Of a stretch of 64,000 bases of DNA, positions 46,425 through 57,062 are shown one piece after another (within the stretch, counting starts at the first letter, position 1; every line of letters begins with the position of its first letter). Below the pieces are notes generated by a model. That model made no database searches, was not told the DNA's origin, and saw only the letters and a list, made by a program, of their open reading frames with translations. Origin of the DNA: a virus. Its lineage: Duplodnaviria; Caudoviricetes. A program made the position numbers and the translations under genes. Location of the stretch: the IMG/VR virus record IMGVR_UViG_3300012979_000041, positions 6,377 to 70,376 of that record. One strand, written 5' to 3'.

Positions 46425-47080
46425 TACGAGCTCTCCTTTGTTTGTCCGTAGACAGAGTAAAGCTCGTCGAATACAACAGGAACGGCGTCGTGCGCAAGAC
46501 AAAGCATCTGAATTGCCAATTCTCGCATCTGAGGATATGCTGCTTTAGAACATCTCAAATTGAAGAAGTGCAGCCATTCACGCTAATTGGCCTTCATAAT
46601 GATTCGACATGCAGTAGAGTTCGGCTAAACTTCACGAGCTTGCTGCGGTTGCATACCAAGCTCGATCATGGTTTTATATGTGTCTTCCGCATTCTGCATG
46701 GACTGTTCCCACTACAGGTCCAAAATAGGCTACGAATTATCCGTATTATGCCAAGTGGGATATATAAAGGTGATATCTCCTGTTTTTGCTTCCTGAATGT
46801 ATCGTTGAGATTCTACACAGAATGAAGCAAGTCGATGACGTGTGATTTCTGCCTATACTGCTCTGGAAGTAGTCTAGTCAAAAGTCATATCGCCAAATTC
46901 TAGAGGGGATTCGTGATGGCGCTACTGCTAATTTTCGATAAATTTAAAGCAACTGTCTTCAGTAATTTTGTCTTGGCTTGCGTAGCAATTTCGTCCTGCA
47001 TACTCGCAAGCTTTCTAGAGTGCCAGACCAGATTCTGGCGTGGGCTTAAGAAGCTTCGCGCTTTGATTGATCTAAATCAT
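46424..47080 (-). CDS. thyX: Flavin-dependent thymidylate synthase (10 TAG; invisible to the ORF track)
   Basis: HESPLEF, SRAV*AEITRHRLASFCVESQRY (RHRx7SxR), AREV*PNS, KAN*REWLHFFNLR, AYPQMRELA. Confidence 0.92.
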
Positions 47081-47097
47081 CTGTACTCCTTTCTTGC

Positions 47098-47547
47098 TCA
47101 TAAATCGAGCATGCCGTCTTGTTCTTCGAGTTCTTCATAATCTTCGTCTATATCTGTTGTCATGTCCGGCATATCCTCGTCCAATTCTGGATCTGGAGCT
47201 TCGTCAATTGCGTCGTACACCTTTAGACGTACGGTTTCGCGCTAACGTGCCGCTCCTGGTTGTTTTGAATTGGATTTCTCGATTGCTGACATGATTCGAG
47301 ATACCGAAAGAGGGGAGGCGACAACAGAGCCATTGTCCAGGAAAATAGCTGACTTAACAGCGCTTTTACCAGCTGCGTTAATCAGCGTTCCAGCTCTCTT
47401 TTCGTCTTTAATGACCCGACGAGCTTGATAAGACTCGGTAGACATAACTGCTACGATACGGGTTGCGCAGATAGCTACATCGAACTAACCGTTGTCGGAA
47501 GTTTTCTGCGCGACTTTGATAAATCTTAGGGGAAGCATGTACCCCAT
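47098..47547 (-). CDS. RemA/DUF370-like protein with acidic tail (2 TAG)
   Basis: RIVAVMSTESYQARRVIKDEKRAGTLINAAGKSAVKSAIFLDNGSVVASPL resembles the DUF370/RemA core; Asp/Glu-rich C-terminus. Confidence 0.65.
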
Positions 47548-47574
47548 AAACATCACTTCTTTTACTTTATAGTA

Positions 47575-47958
47575 TTAGAAGTCATCGAATATATCCAGAT
47601 CATCAAAGCCATCAAAGGAATCGTTGTTATCGAATAGCGTGTCGGTATCATTGCCGAAATTCGATGTTCTTCCGAACAAGTCGTCGTATGTATAACCGGC
47701 ATAGCCACCTTCGCTATCATATAGATTATCCCCAAATAAACCATCAGTTGTGAATCCGATGTTTTCACCGGATGAATTATAGTGATTTTGCTTTGAGAAT
47801 ATTCCTTCTTGTGAGTATCCTATATGATGACCATCCGAATCATAATGATTCGTGGCCCCAAAGAAACCTTCTTGAGAATAGCCGAGATATCGGCCATCTT
47901 CGTCATAATGCTTAAGTTCTCCAAATAGCCCTTTGATGCTTCGGATTTTCTTGGACAT
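47575..47958 (-). CDS. Hypothetical protein built of ~19-aa repeats with acidic tail (no TAG)
   Basis: Units of form HY(D/N)xxGxx(L/I)G(Y/F)SxxG(L/F/I)F repeated about five times; AAGGAGG RBS; ends TAA. Confidence 0.75.
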   Translation of the reverse strand: MSKKIRSIKGLFGELKHYDEDGRYLGYSQEGFFGATNHYDSDGHHIGYSQEGIFSKQNHYNSSGENIGFTTDGLFGDNLYDSEGGYAGYTYDDLFGRTSNFGNDTDTLFDNNDSFDGFDDLDIFDDF

Positions 47959-48064
47959 AAGATAACCTCCTTATCTCTATAACTTAATCGTTTGGCAGAC
48001 TATATGCGGTCTGCCAGCGCGATTTGGTTTTGGATTTCTTATACTGATTTTACCATAAATCAGT

Positions 48065-51000
48065 TCAGTTCGCAACATGATAATCGGTTACCCAATATTC
48101 GTATTCTCCAGGTATTGGAATTCTGTTTCCGTTTTGGAATAACGTTCGCTGTCTCGATATTCCGTTATCAATGATGATACAGTCGTTCTCTGTAAACGGA
48201 TCTTCGAAGAACCTTTTCTTCGAGATTTTAACGTTTCCTGAAGTTCCTCGTTTGACACTGTATAATTTTACTTTTACTCCGTATGTTGTATCGACAGAAA
48301 CAACAAAGTATAAGTTTGCAGGAGCATTTTCGTTCGAAGTCAAACAAAGACCGATGTTTTCGTTTTCAGACATCAATTGATGGCCTATCGAAGTGTCCTC
48401 GTTTGGAACTTTGCTTTCGATGGCTTTTAATTCTGCCATACGTTTACAGATCGTTTTCGAAACCTACGTCTTGGTAATTTTGTTTTTACCTTTAAAGAAT
48501 TCCTGGTACACCGTTGCGAGCTTTTTCTTGCCGCCATACTGACTGAAATATCCTATGCTTATCTACACTTCGATTTGACGCGTATTAAGACAAGTATTTA
48601 TCAGCAAATGATGAAGGACGTCTACGAAAGTAGGTAATTCATATTTCGAAGCATCGTATAAGTCCTGTGCCGCCTGAGGTGAAATGAATTTGATGGAGGA
48701 CAAAGATTGAGAAATTGTTTGATTTTCTTTGTCAACAAACCAGTCTCTATTATCTTCACCGAATTGACCTGGTTTCATCCGAATACCTTTGTATTTTTTC
48801 ATTTCAGCTATAATCGCAGCTATCTTGTCTTTGTTGCCCTTTTCCGTATAGAGCTTTAACATAGTGGTATACAGTTCGTATGGATAATGAGCTTTAAGCC
48901 AAGCCGCATACAAGCTATCGCAAGCCATGCTGTAAGCATGAGCTGCACACTTTTACACCGTCGGTTTCCCGATATTTAGTAGCGGAATAGACTATGTCAT
49001 CACCCGGATAACCGGGGCACGGCGCTTCGGAAGCAGGAGTTGCACCTGTTTCCTACTCCTTTTCAGGATAGTCGTTACACCTTCTCGAAAGTATTCGAGC
49101 TTGGCACGGAGTTGACATGAGAATAGTTTTCAGACTTTCTTTTAGTTTTTCTCCGTTAGCATATTGAAAATACACACCTTACATTTGTAAGTTCACCGTG
49201 TTTTCGATACGCGTTACCGCGTAAAGGTTCTATATTTTAAAACATATAAGAAGCCGCGTCATTGATGATCGTCCATATTTTATCGACAATATCGGCAGCT
49301 TCGGCGTCGGAGGACCCTTCTTCTTCTTTAAGCATCTTCGTAAAGCCTGTTTCAAATCGTTCTCTAAAGGAAGCAACTTTGTCGGCTTTCTTCTTCTTGA
49401 TGGCTTTAATGCACACATATGCGTCTGCGGCAGAGATTCCTGCGGATTGAAGGATCGTCAGAATCTGTTCCTTATATACCGTCGGTTTCCCGATATTTAG
49501 TAGCGGAATAGACTATATCTTCATCCTAGTAGAGGATGCGTGGCTTTTCCATGGTGGAATTTCACCATCCATGTACTCCCTGTCGGGATAGTCGTTACAC
49601 CTTCACAGCTCTTCTGCTGTGCTTGGCACGGAGTTGACATGAGAATAGTCTTCAGACTTTCTTTTAGTTTTTCTCCGTTAGCCTCTTAATAAAGAGACAC
49701 CTCGATTAAGTTAACCACGTTTTTTCGATGCGAATTACTTCGCAAAGCGACAAATCAATTATCGAACATCAAGAACGAGTCTGGTATTTCTTTCGTCTGT
49801 AACAATTTGTCCAGAGAAGGGATTCCATAAGAGAATCTGGTTCTGCTGACAAACGTAGATAACATTGATTTGAAACCTGGTCGAACAGCCGCGACAAAAG
49901 CAGCCAACTCAACGACATTCTTTGGTTTGTATTGCATGACGCGTTCGGTTGTCTTTTCTTTTTCGCACTGATTTAAGCCCATTGTAAAACCGTTGGCGTA
50001 AAGATTCCAAACTTCCTTGTCATCTTTGACTGCCTCTAAGAGTTCGTCAACAGACATTACAGGTAAGCCGCAAGCTTCAAAACCGTTGGCAATAGTCTTC
50101 ACTACGTCTACTCGGAGAAAGTCCGCTTTCTAATACCCGTAAGTATCGGCAGCAACACCGTCGATATAGGCCGCATATACAGCTTCTTTATTGCCTGTTT
50201 TTGCTTTGACACGAACAATACCTATCTCTTCTCGAATGTCTTTATCCAACAAGAGGTGAGCACACGGATGTGGAACAATACTGTTTACGATTCCTTTGTA
50301 TTGTTTGCTGTCTTCGATCTATTGTAAGTATTGTGGTTCCACATAAGATTCAACAAGGACATGTTCGTCGACATTATAGTCTGGATCATCCTGGTTGTTC
50401 TCTTTTGCGTGCTTAACATCAAGTTCATAGTTCTGAATCTGCTTAGAGATAATATTTGAAGTTTGGAAATCCTAATTTCTCGCTCTGGCAAGAAGCTTGA
50501 AGGCCGCCTATGTCTTAGCCGTACCGTAGGCGATCATTGGCTAACAGCCATATTCGCCGAGAATTTCTTTACCGGCTTGTTCAAACGCAGGAACGTTTGC
50601 CATGTTCAGATCCAAGTCGGGCAAAGCGCCGCTTTCCAATCGCTCGCGACTGATAAAGCGTTCAGGATATAGTTTAACTGGGCAAGTGAGGCGATTTACA
50701 GAAGTAAAACCCTAGGCAAAATTGGTTGCAAACGACACGCCTGAACCTCTGCCTGTGGTTGTTAATATACCGCCATACTCCTATCCTTTATCGACAATGT
50801 CTTTCATTGCGATGAAGTAATCTGCTGTGCCTGTCTCGGCAACTGCATTCATTTCTGCGTGCTAGTCAGACGCTTCTTGAGGAGATGGCATGCGAGCCTT
50901 TTCGATATATCCGTCGCAGCACTGTTTCTTATACTAGAAAGTGCGTTCTTCCGGCTTCATATTTTTGCGGCTATTAGGTATCTTCTTTTCAGTAGTAAAA

Positions 51001-51836
51001 GAAACGCCTTCAAACTCACGCAGTAACAATGTGTTTTCAAAAGATTCTTCAATTTGTGCTTTCGAGAAAATGTTTTGTTTTTGAAGTAAAGCAAACGCCT
51101 CTTCTGCCGTTGGCTAATACAAATCGAAATCATCTTCATATCCGTTGTTGATGCCGGAAGATAGGAGAAGTTCTTTTCTCAAAAGAGCGTCTTCGTGATT
51201 GATATAGTGACTATCTGTACCATATATCAAAGGCCAATGATGCTTTTGATACATCTTAAGAATCTTTTGATTTGTAGACTACTGAATAAGTTGGGGATGG
51301 TGTTGTATTTCGAGAAAGAAGTGGTCTTTGAAAATCTCAGCCTATTGACAGGCGTAGTTTTCTCCATCATCATCTTTGAAAATGCCGCCAACGCAAGCAG
51401 TAGTACAAACAAACTAATTAGGATCGAGCCGGGAAAGCTAATCAAAGTCTAGTCTTGCGCAACGGTAAAAGCCTGATAAATTGGCTTCAGACAGAACAGA
51501 ATTAAGCTGTCGCAATCCTTCATTGTTTTTTGCTACTAAAACAAGATGGAAACGCCTATCATCTTTTAAATCTGGATTTCTGTCTGGAACGAAATATGCT
51601 TCTGCTGCGGCAAGAGGCGTCATAGTGAACGAATCGTCGCTATATTTTGCAGCGACTTCAAATTGTTTGTATACGTTTGATCTGTTTCCATGTTCGGACT
51701 AACATAGAACATGATGCCCACGCCTGCGATATTCTTTCGCGTAGTCTTCTATAAATACGGTAGAATCAGGCTGGGTCTAACAGTTACTATACGTTGAGTG
51801 AACATGGTAGGGTTCGAACTCGAGCCTTTTGACCAT
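48065..51836 (-). CDS. dnaE: DNA polymerase III alpha subunit, spliced: 51836-49761, 49470-49240, 48949-48065 (~18 TAG)
   Basis: PHP domain (HVHSTYS, SEHG, FFLEIQ, DSH), GRGSG, PDLDL, HPCAH, KADFL; splice joints FD|EQIL and YMF|CAAHA restore conserved motifs. Confidence 0.92.
48950..49239 (-). ncRNA. Group I intron 2 of dnaE (290 nt, ORF-less)
   Basis: U at exon end, terminal G; GTAACGACTATCC and CATAGTCTATTCCGCTAC core elements; in-frame TAA at intron start. Confidence 0.88.
49471..49760 (-). ncRNA. Group I intron 1 of dnaE (290 nt, ORF-less)
   Basis: U at exon end, terminal G; GTAACGACTATCC and GAAGATATAGTCTATTCCGCTAC core elements. Confidence 0.88.
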
Positions 51837-51849
51837 GTTTTATCTCCTG

Positions 51850-52635
51850 TTACTTCTTTTTGTAAGATTTGTTGATGCCGTTATGGCAGGACTTTCTGAC
51901 AGAACAGAGCTCGTGACAGAAGAAATCTCCTTCAGGTTTTGACTCTAACCAATCTAAAGTATCGAAGGATTCGATTTTTTCCACTTGTTCGGTAGCCCAG
52001 GAAATAGCATTGTCGTATTCTTCTTTGTTAAAAGCACGTTCTGGTTTCTCGCCATTTTCTTTGAAAAGATTGAACATGAGCCTGTCGGGCCATTGTCCAT
52101 ATTTCTCGAAAACATATTTTGAGTAAAGCAGTTGCTGGCGATACATCTCGTCTTCGCTCTTTTTGAAAGCGGTCTTTGATTTTGATTTATGGTCTACGAT
52201 TACCAGTTCGTCGGTGAGATCATCTTTGACGATCATATCAATAATGCCAACAAATCTTCGTCCAGCAATAGTTGTTTCGAATTTCTCTTCAGTAGCGACA
52301 ACTGTGTACCCAACGAACTCGTCGAAATTTTGAAAATACTCAAGACCAAGCTGATATGCTTTTTCAGTATATCCTTTGACGGCTAGCATCCGAGGGAAAG
52401 CCGTGACGACTTCTTCTGAATAGCGCCGCTCGTATTCTTCGGGAAGCTGTTCTTTGGATAGTTCTCCTTTTGCCCAGCGATCCAGAAGATCGTGGATCAG
52501 CGTTCCTTGTTCTGCGAATCCGTTGGATTGCTGCTCTACTTTTTCGATTCTGCCAAGGTAGAATCCGTAAGGACATTCAGAGAAGCTGGATAACTGGCTG
52601 TATGAATAGACGTGATTTTCTTTTAGGAGGCTCAT
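51850..52635 (-). CDS. PD-(D/E)XK exonuclease (RecB/AddB-like)
   Basis: YSYSQLSSFSECP, GTLIHDLL, GIIDMI, VDHKS, QQLLY, FCHELCSVRKSC; true start ATG 52635. Confidence 0.85.
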   Translation of the reverse strand: MSLLKENHVYSYSQLSSFSECPYGFYLGRIEKVEQQSNGFAEQGTLIHDLLDRWAKGELSKEQLPEEYERRYSEEVVTAFPRMLAVKGYTEKAYQLGLEYFQNFDEFVGYTVVATEEKFETTIAGRRFVGIIDMIVKDDLTDELVIVDHKSKSKTAFKKSEDEMYRQQLLYSKYVFEKYGQWPDRLMFNLFKENGEKPERAFNKEEYDNAISWATEQVEKIESFDTLDWLESKPEGDFFCHELCSVRKSCHNGINKSYKKK

Positions 52636-53090
52636 GTTTTCACCTCCGGTTCTACATCCATCACGCTTGCCAAATGAACTCCAAATTGAAAACCGATGGC
52701 ATATGGATGCGTTTGAGTTCCCACATCTTCCATAATGTTTTCCATCATGGTTTTCGAATTGATCAGTTTGCCGTTGTCGTAAATGCTGCAAATATAATGA
52801 GTGTCGACATCTGGAAAGAAATAATATGAGATCTCATTGATTTGCTTTGCTTCAAAATATGTTCCTTCAGCCACTGTTGTTTCGTTGTTTTCAGAGTTAA
52901 CGAACACATAGAATGGTGGACATTCTGTTGTTTTTCCTTTCTTTAGTGCATCTAAGGAAATGGCGATTCGTAAATTAGGGCAATCGCTTTCGATCCAGTT
53001 TTCAGAAGAAGAAAGAAATCCTTCTTTGAACTCTTTAGCGAAATCAGAATCGTTTGTTTGAAAAGATACTGTACGTTTCATATGTTTCAC
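52632..53090 (-). CDS. Hypothetical protein (152 aa)
   Basis: Complete ORF tightly packed between neighbours, ends TGA. Confidence 0.6.
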   Translation of the reverse strand: MKHMKRTVSFQTNDSDFAKEFKEGFLSSSENWIESDCPNLRIAISLDALKKGKTTECPPFYVFVNSENNETTVAEGTYFEAKQINEISYYFFPDVDTHYICSIYDNGKLINSKTMMENIMEDVGTQTHPYAIGFQFGVHLASVMDVEPEVKT

Positions 53091-53091
53091 C

Positions 53092-54324
53092 TCACAGTCG
53101 AACAGGGTAGATAGCTTCTACGCCTTTGTCTGTTACGGTAAAACACACTTGCGTAGGATATCCAAACAGTCGTTTCTTGACGGTATATTCATCTCCAGAG
53201 CCGCACACTGAACCATTTCGGATATATCCGATGTTGCCAATATACATCTCTGCGACATGCATATGACCAGCAAGCAGATAGTCGATCTTTTTGGATGTGA
53301 GTCTTTCGATTCTTTGAGCAGACACCTTCAGATCGTTGTCCATGTCTCCGTGAACGCACACGAAATGATTGCCGTAAATATCGAAAGAACCAATGGTATC
53401 ATCGTAGATATTGTCGACGAACACGATGTTTTTGCATGCTGACTATCTTGCTTTACAGTACCACGGTACGAGCGAGTCGAGCTTTTCACCGCGAAGACTG
53501 TCTTCTCCTTTGGGATCAAGCCGAGAATGATTGCCAGCTACACTGTTTACAAATACGGTAGAAAAATAGCTGGACAGCTGATGAAGAAAGCTTGAAACAA
53601 GCTCGGAAACTCCAATGACTTGCTCGATAGCGTTTTCTTTGTTCTCAACTCGGATCGTTTGGTGAATGGAGCCGCTTACCAAGTCGCCCATTAAAGATAC
53701 ATAACATGTAGTAGAATTGTTTTGACGTCCGATACGAATGATTTCTGCTGCATATCGCATAACGCGATCTGAAGCGATTACAGAATCATATTTCCCGATA
53801 TAATTATCGAAGGTCATACCAAAATGGATGTCAGACTACATGGCATAGATTGCTGTTTCGGAAGGATCTTGGACGGGACACGGTTCGAAAGGAGTAACCT
53901 TTTCGATCTTCTCGGCGAACATGTCTAAAATTGAATCTTGGCGAGCGTCATGTCGGAGACAGCGGCTGTAAGATTGACGTTCATCTCTTACCCGAACCCT
54001 TTGTTTTTCAATCTTCAAAATGAAGTTCTGGAGATTGTCAAACAGATTTCCTTGAGATTCGCAGGAAATATCAGGCTCTTCTGCTTCTCCTTCGGAAGAT
54101 TCTTCTTCTGGTTCTTCATACAGTTCGCGATCGACCGTCATGGCTTTGAAACGTTTACGCCAGTAAGATTCTGAATAGTTCTGTTCTGACTCTGGAGAAC
54201 AGGTGTTGAGAATGGGCGCAAGCTCTGTCCATGTCAGGCTGCATACGCCTTTTTCTTTCAAGCATCCTATTCTCCAGAGAAATTCGTCTATAGTTTCTGT
54301 TTCTGTTCTTAAAAATTTATCCAT
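53092..54324 (-). CDS. Metallophosphoesterase with N-terminal helical domain (2 TAG)
   Basis: Three track fragments in one frame: AIYAM*SDIHFG, MGDLVSG, AGNH, HGD, GHMH. Confidence 0.85.
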
Positions 54325-54377
54325 GAAAGCTCCTTTCCGACTGATAAGAAGCTAATCACGAAAAATAATCTCAGTCG

Positions 54378-56557
54378 TTAAAACGGTTGTTTGGAGTAGC
54401 CGGTAGACTCTCCAGATTGAATTGCAAACTCAGGTCTGACGCAAGCTTGGTCTTCCGGGATCATAATACCTTGATGATCCCATCCATAAACAGTGCGGTC
54501 ACCTGTGTTCGCCTGATAAATACGTCTGTTGCAAGGATCGTAGCAACATTCGATATAGTCGAGAATACCAAACTCGCGGTTCTTAGTGATCCGCAGATTG
54601 GGTTTCTCTACCGAGATGACGTTATCTGCAAGATTCGTGATCTTAATATACCGTCGGTTTCCCGATATTTTGTAGCGGAATAGACTATATCTTCACCCAG
54701 TCAGACTGGGGCGTGGCACTTCGCAAGTAGGAATTGCACCTACAAGCTACTCCCGTTAGGGATAGTCGTTGCACCTTCACAGCTTTTCTGCTGTGCTTGG
54801 CACAGAGTTGACATGCGATGCTTTTATGTTTGTTAATGTGGATTTCACTGCGGGAAGGAGGGCTTCGTCATAAGCATCGTTTAGTTTTTCTCTGTTAGCC
54901 GCATTATAGCGACACCGTACATGTGTACGTTCACCACGTTTATTTTATACGTTACCGTATAAAGTGCCTAAAGTTAAGCACTAGAACCGGAGACATCGTC
55001 ATTCGTAATGTTTTCGCCTTGCTTGGTTTTTCTAGGATGCGCAACCAGGATAACATGAACCTTAAACTTCACAGCGAATGCTTTGAGAGCGGCTGCGAAC
55101 TTGGCTTGCGCCTTATTCTCTTCGTCAGCGGATGTGAGTGCTACCATCAGATTATCTACCAGGAATAGTTTACAGCCATATCTCCTGGCGCAGATAGTGA
55201 ACACTTTGATAATCGCATCTTGCTGAGAAGCATCGTCAATATAGGCATTATCGAATAGATAGAAGCGTCCATCGATCCATGATTTGATTCGCTGCTGAAT
55301 TTCAGGAGGAACAAATGGATAAGACTTTCCGCTGCGAACGTCTGTTTTTGTCGTAATATACTTGTTCTCGGTAGCTTGAGCCATAATCCATTCAAGGAAT
55401 TTATAGGCAGAAAGCTCGCCAGAGTAAGCACAGACATTATAGCCTTGTTGGATAGCGTTCAGGAGAAGCTGACCATTGAGCGTACTTTTGCCTTCACCGC
55501 GCTTGCCGGTAAACACCGTGACACCGCCTTCTCCGAGACCGCCAATAGCGTTATCCAAAGCGGGGATCCTTGTGAAGATACGCGGAATAGTCGTAGGGTC
55601 GACGAAGGGAACACTGGCAAGATTCAGAATACCTTTGATTGGAGCAGGTTCACACTTCTTGACAAAGTCATACAGGTATTCCGGGCCGTATGTATACAGA
55701 ATCTCGTTTGCATCCTTGCAGGCCCTGTTGGCATTCACTCCGTCAACGATTAGATCTGGATATTGACCAGGAATAAGACATCTGTCTTCTCCAAGACGCT
55801 TCATCAGCGTGTTGACCATGTCCATGCCGGGTTCATCACTATCACCGAAAAGGATGATCTGAGAGAAGTTCTCGAGCCAATCCCAGCAATTAGTGATCCA
55901 ATCCATGTTATTGCATCCGCAAGGTACAGATACGACGTTGGTACAACCTGCTTCATACAAAGACAAAGTATCGATTTCACCCTCGGTAATAATCAATGGT
56001 TTATTGAAAGATACCATATTCATGCCAAATAGAATCGATTCGGTATTTCGAAGTTGCCATTCTTTAGGCCCGTCAGCCTTAGTATGCTTCTTAGGTTTGC
56101 GCAGTTTGACGAAAGTAAGATCTTTGTCGCGATAGAAAGGAAAGACAATGTTTCCTTTGTCGTCGGTAGAAACGTTGAAATCCTTCTATGTTTCTTCGCT
56201 GATTTTGCGAATTGCAAAATACGTGATTGCTTCTTCGGTTAAAGGTTTGAGCATCTCCGGGTTAGGCTTTTCATAAGTCTTCTTGTTTGTTCCTACTGTT
56301 TTAGGAGCGTTAACCACGCTTACCTGTCTTTCGCCGAAGAATTCACAGAGCTCGCGGAAGCTGCCTGTTTTATTGCAGCCTCCGCGAAGACAAGAAAATG
56401 CTCCATTGTGCATACCTACCGCGAAAGTATCCGTATCGCCATTTTCTCCACCATTGCAGAACGGACACAAGTGGGCGACGACCTGACCGTTTCGAATGCG
56501 GAAATCTCCAAGATGCTTTTCAGCCAGTGCGACGACCGCACTTGTGATATCGTTCAT
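54378..56557 (-). CDS. Primase-helicase (T7 gp4/Twinkle-like), spliced: 56557-54977, 54641-54378 (1 TAG)
   Basis: CPFC..CLRGGC Zn finger, TOPRIM (ITEGEID, FGDSDEPG), GKRGEGKS, LVDNL, VAHPRK; joint DDVSGSSA|ITNLADNV. Confidence 0.9.
54642..54976 (-). ncRNA. Group I intron in primase-helicase gene (335 nt, ORF-less)
   Basis: U/G boundaries; GCAACGACTATCC and GAAGATATAGTCTATTCCGCTAC; shares the 3' element with the dnaE introns. Confidence 0.88.
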
Positions 56558-56584
56558 TTAATTGCACATCCTTTGAAGTAATCT

Positions 56585-56974
56585 TTAGAAGGGGAGTTCG
56601 TCGTTATTTTGCTGGGCGACAGCAGCACGAGGAGCGTCAGCAGAGTCTCCTTTACCGCGAGCGACAACGCGTACATCGTTTGCCGTAACACGTAGAGAGC
56701 AGCGAGGATTTCCGTCCTTATCGGTATAGACGGCGTGTTCAAAGTCTCCTGTGACCCACACCTGAGTTCCTTTCTGTAGACGCTGTAGCAGATATTCGCC
56801 CTGCTTGCCCCAGACAGATACATCGTAGAAGTTGGAATCGTAGGTTCCATCTTCTTTCTTAGTCAGCGTACTGACGGCGACAGAGAAAGAAACGACGTTG
56901 TTTGCGCGAACCTGACGAGTTGCAGGATCTCTCGTCAGATTGCCAAGGATAGAGATTTTTGCGTTGTTTGGCAT
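56585..56974 (-). CDS. ssb: Single-stranded DNA-binding protein
   Basis: ILGNLTRDP OB-fold start, FYDVSVWGKQGE, acidic C-terminal DELPF. Confidence 0.92.
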   Translation of the reverse strand: MPNNAKISILGNLTRDPATRQVRANNVVSFSVAVSTLTKKEDGTYDSNFYDVSVWGKQGEYLLQRLQKGTQVWVTGDFEHAVYTDKDGNPRCSLRVTANDVRVVARGKGDSADAPRAAVAQQNNDELPF

Positions 56975-57062
56975 AATTCATTCCTCTTTTCTTATTTGAG
57001 AGGTGTTTTTGCACTTCTCTTCTCATATACGGGATTTTCGAATCGTCTTAATTTATTTCCGT

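Noticed and set aside
51850-52791. Cas4 / CRISPR role for the PD-(D/E)XK nuclease, and the 52791 start in the track
   Set aside because: Context (Sak3, SSB, primase, DnaE) fits a recombination exonuclease; the first 52 codons overlap the upstream gene, and the real start is ATG 52635.
48950-54976. Repeated ~30-nt blocks as CRISPR repeats or IS ends
   Set aside because: They are conserved group I intron core elements, not regularly spaced with unique spacers; no cas or transposase genes.
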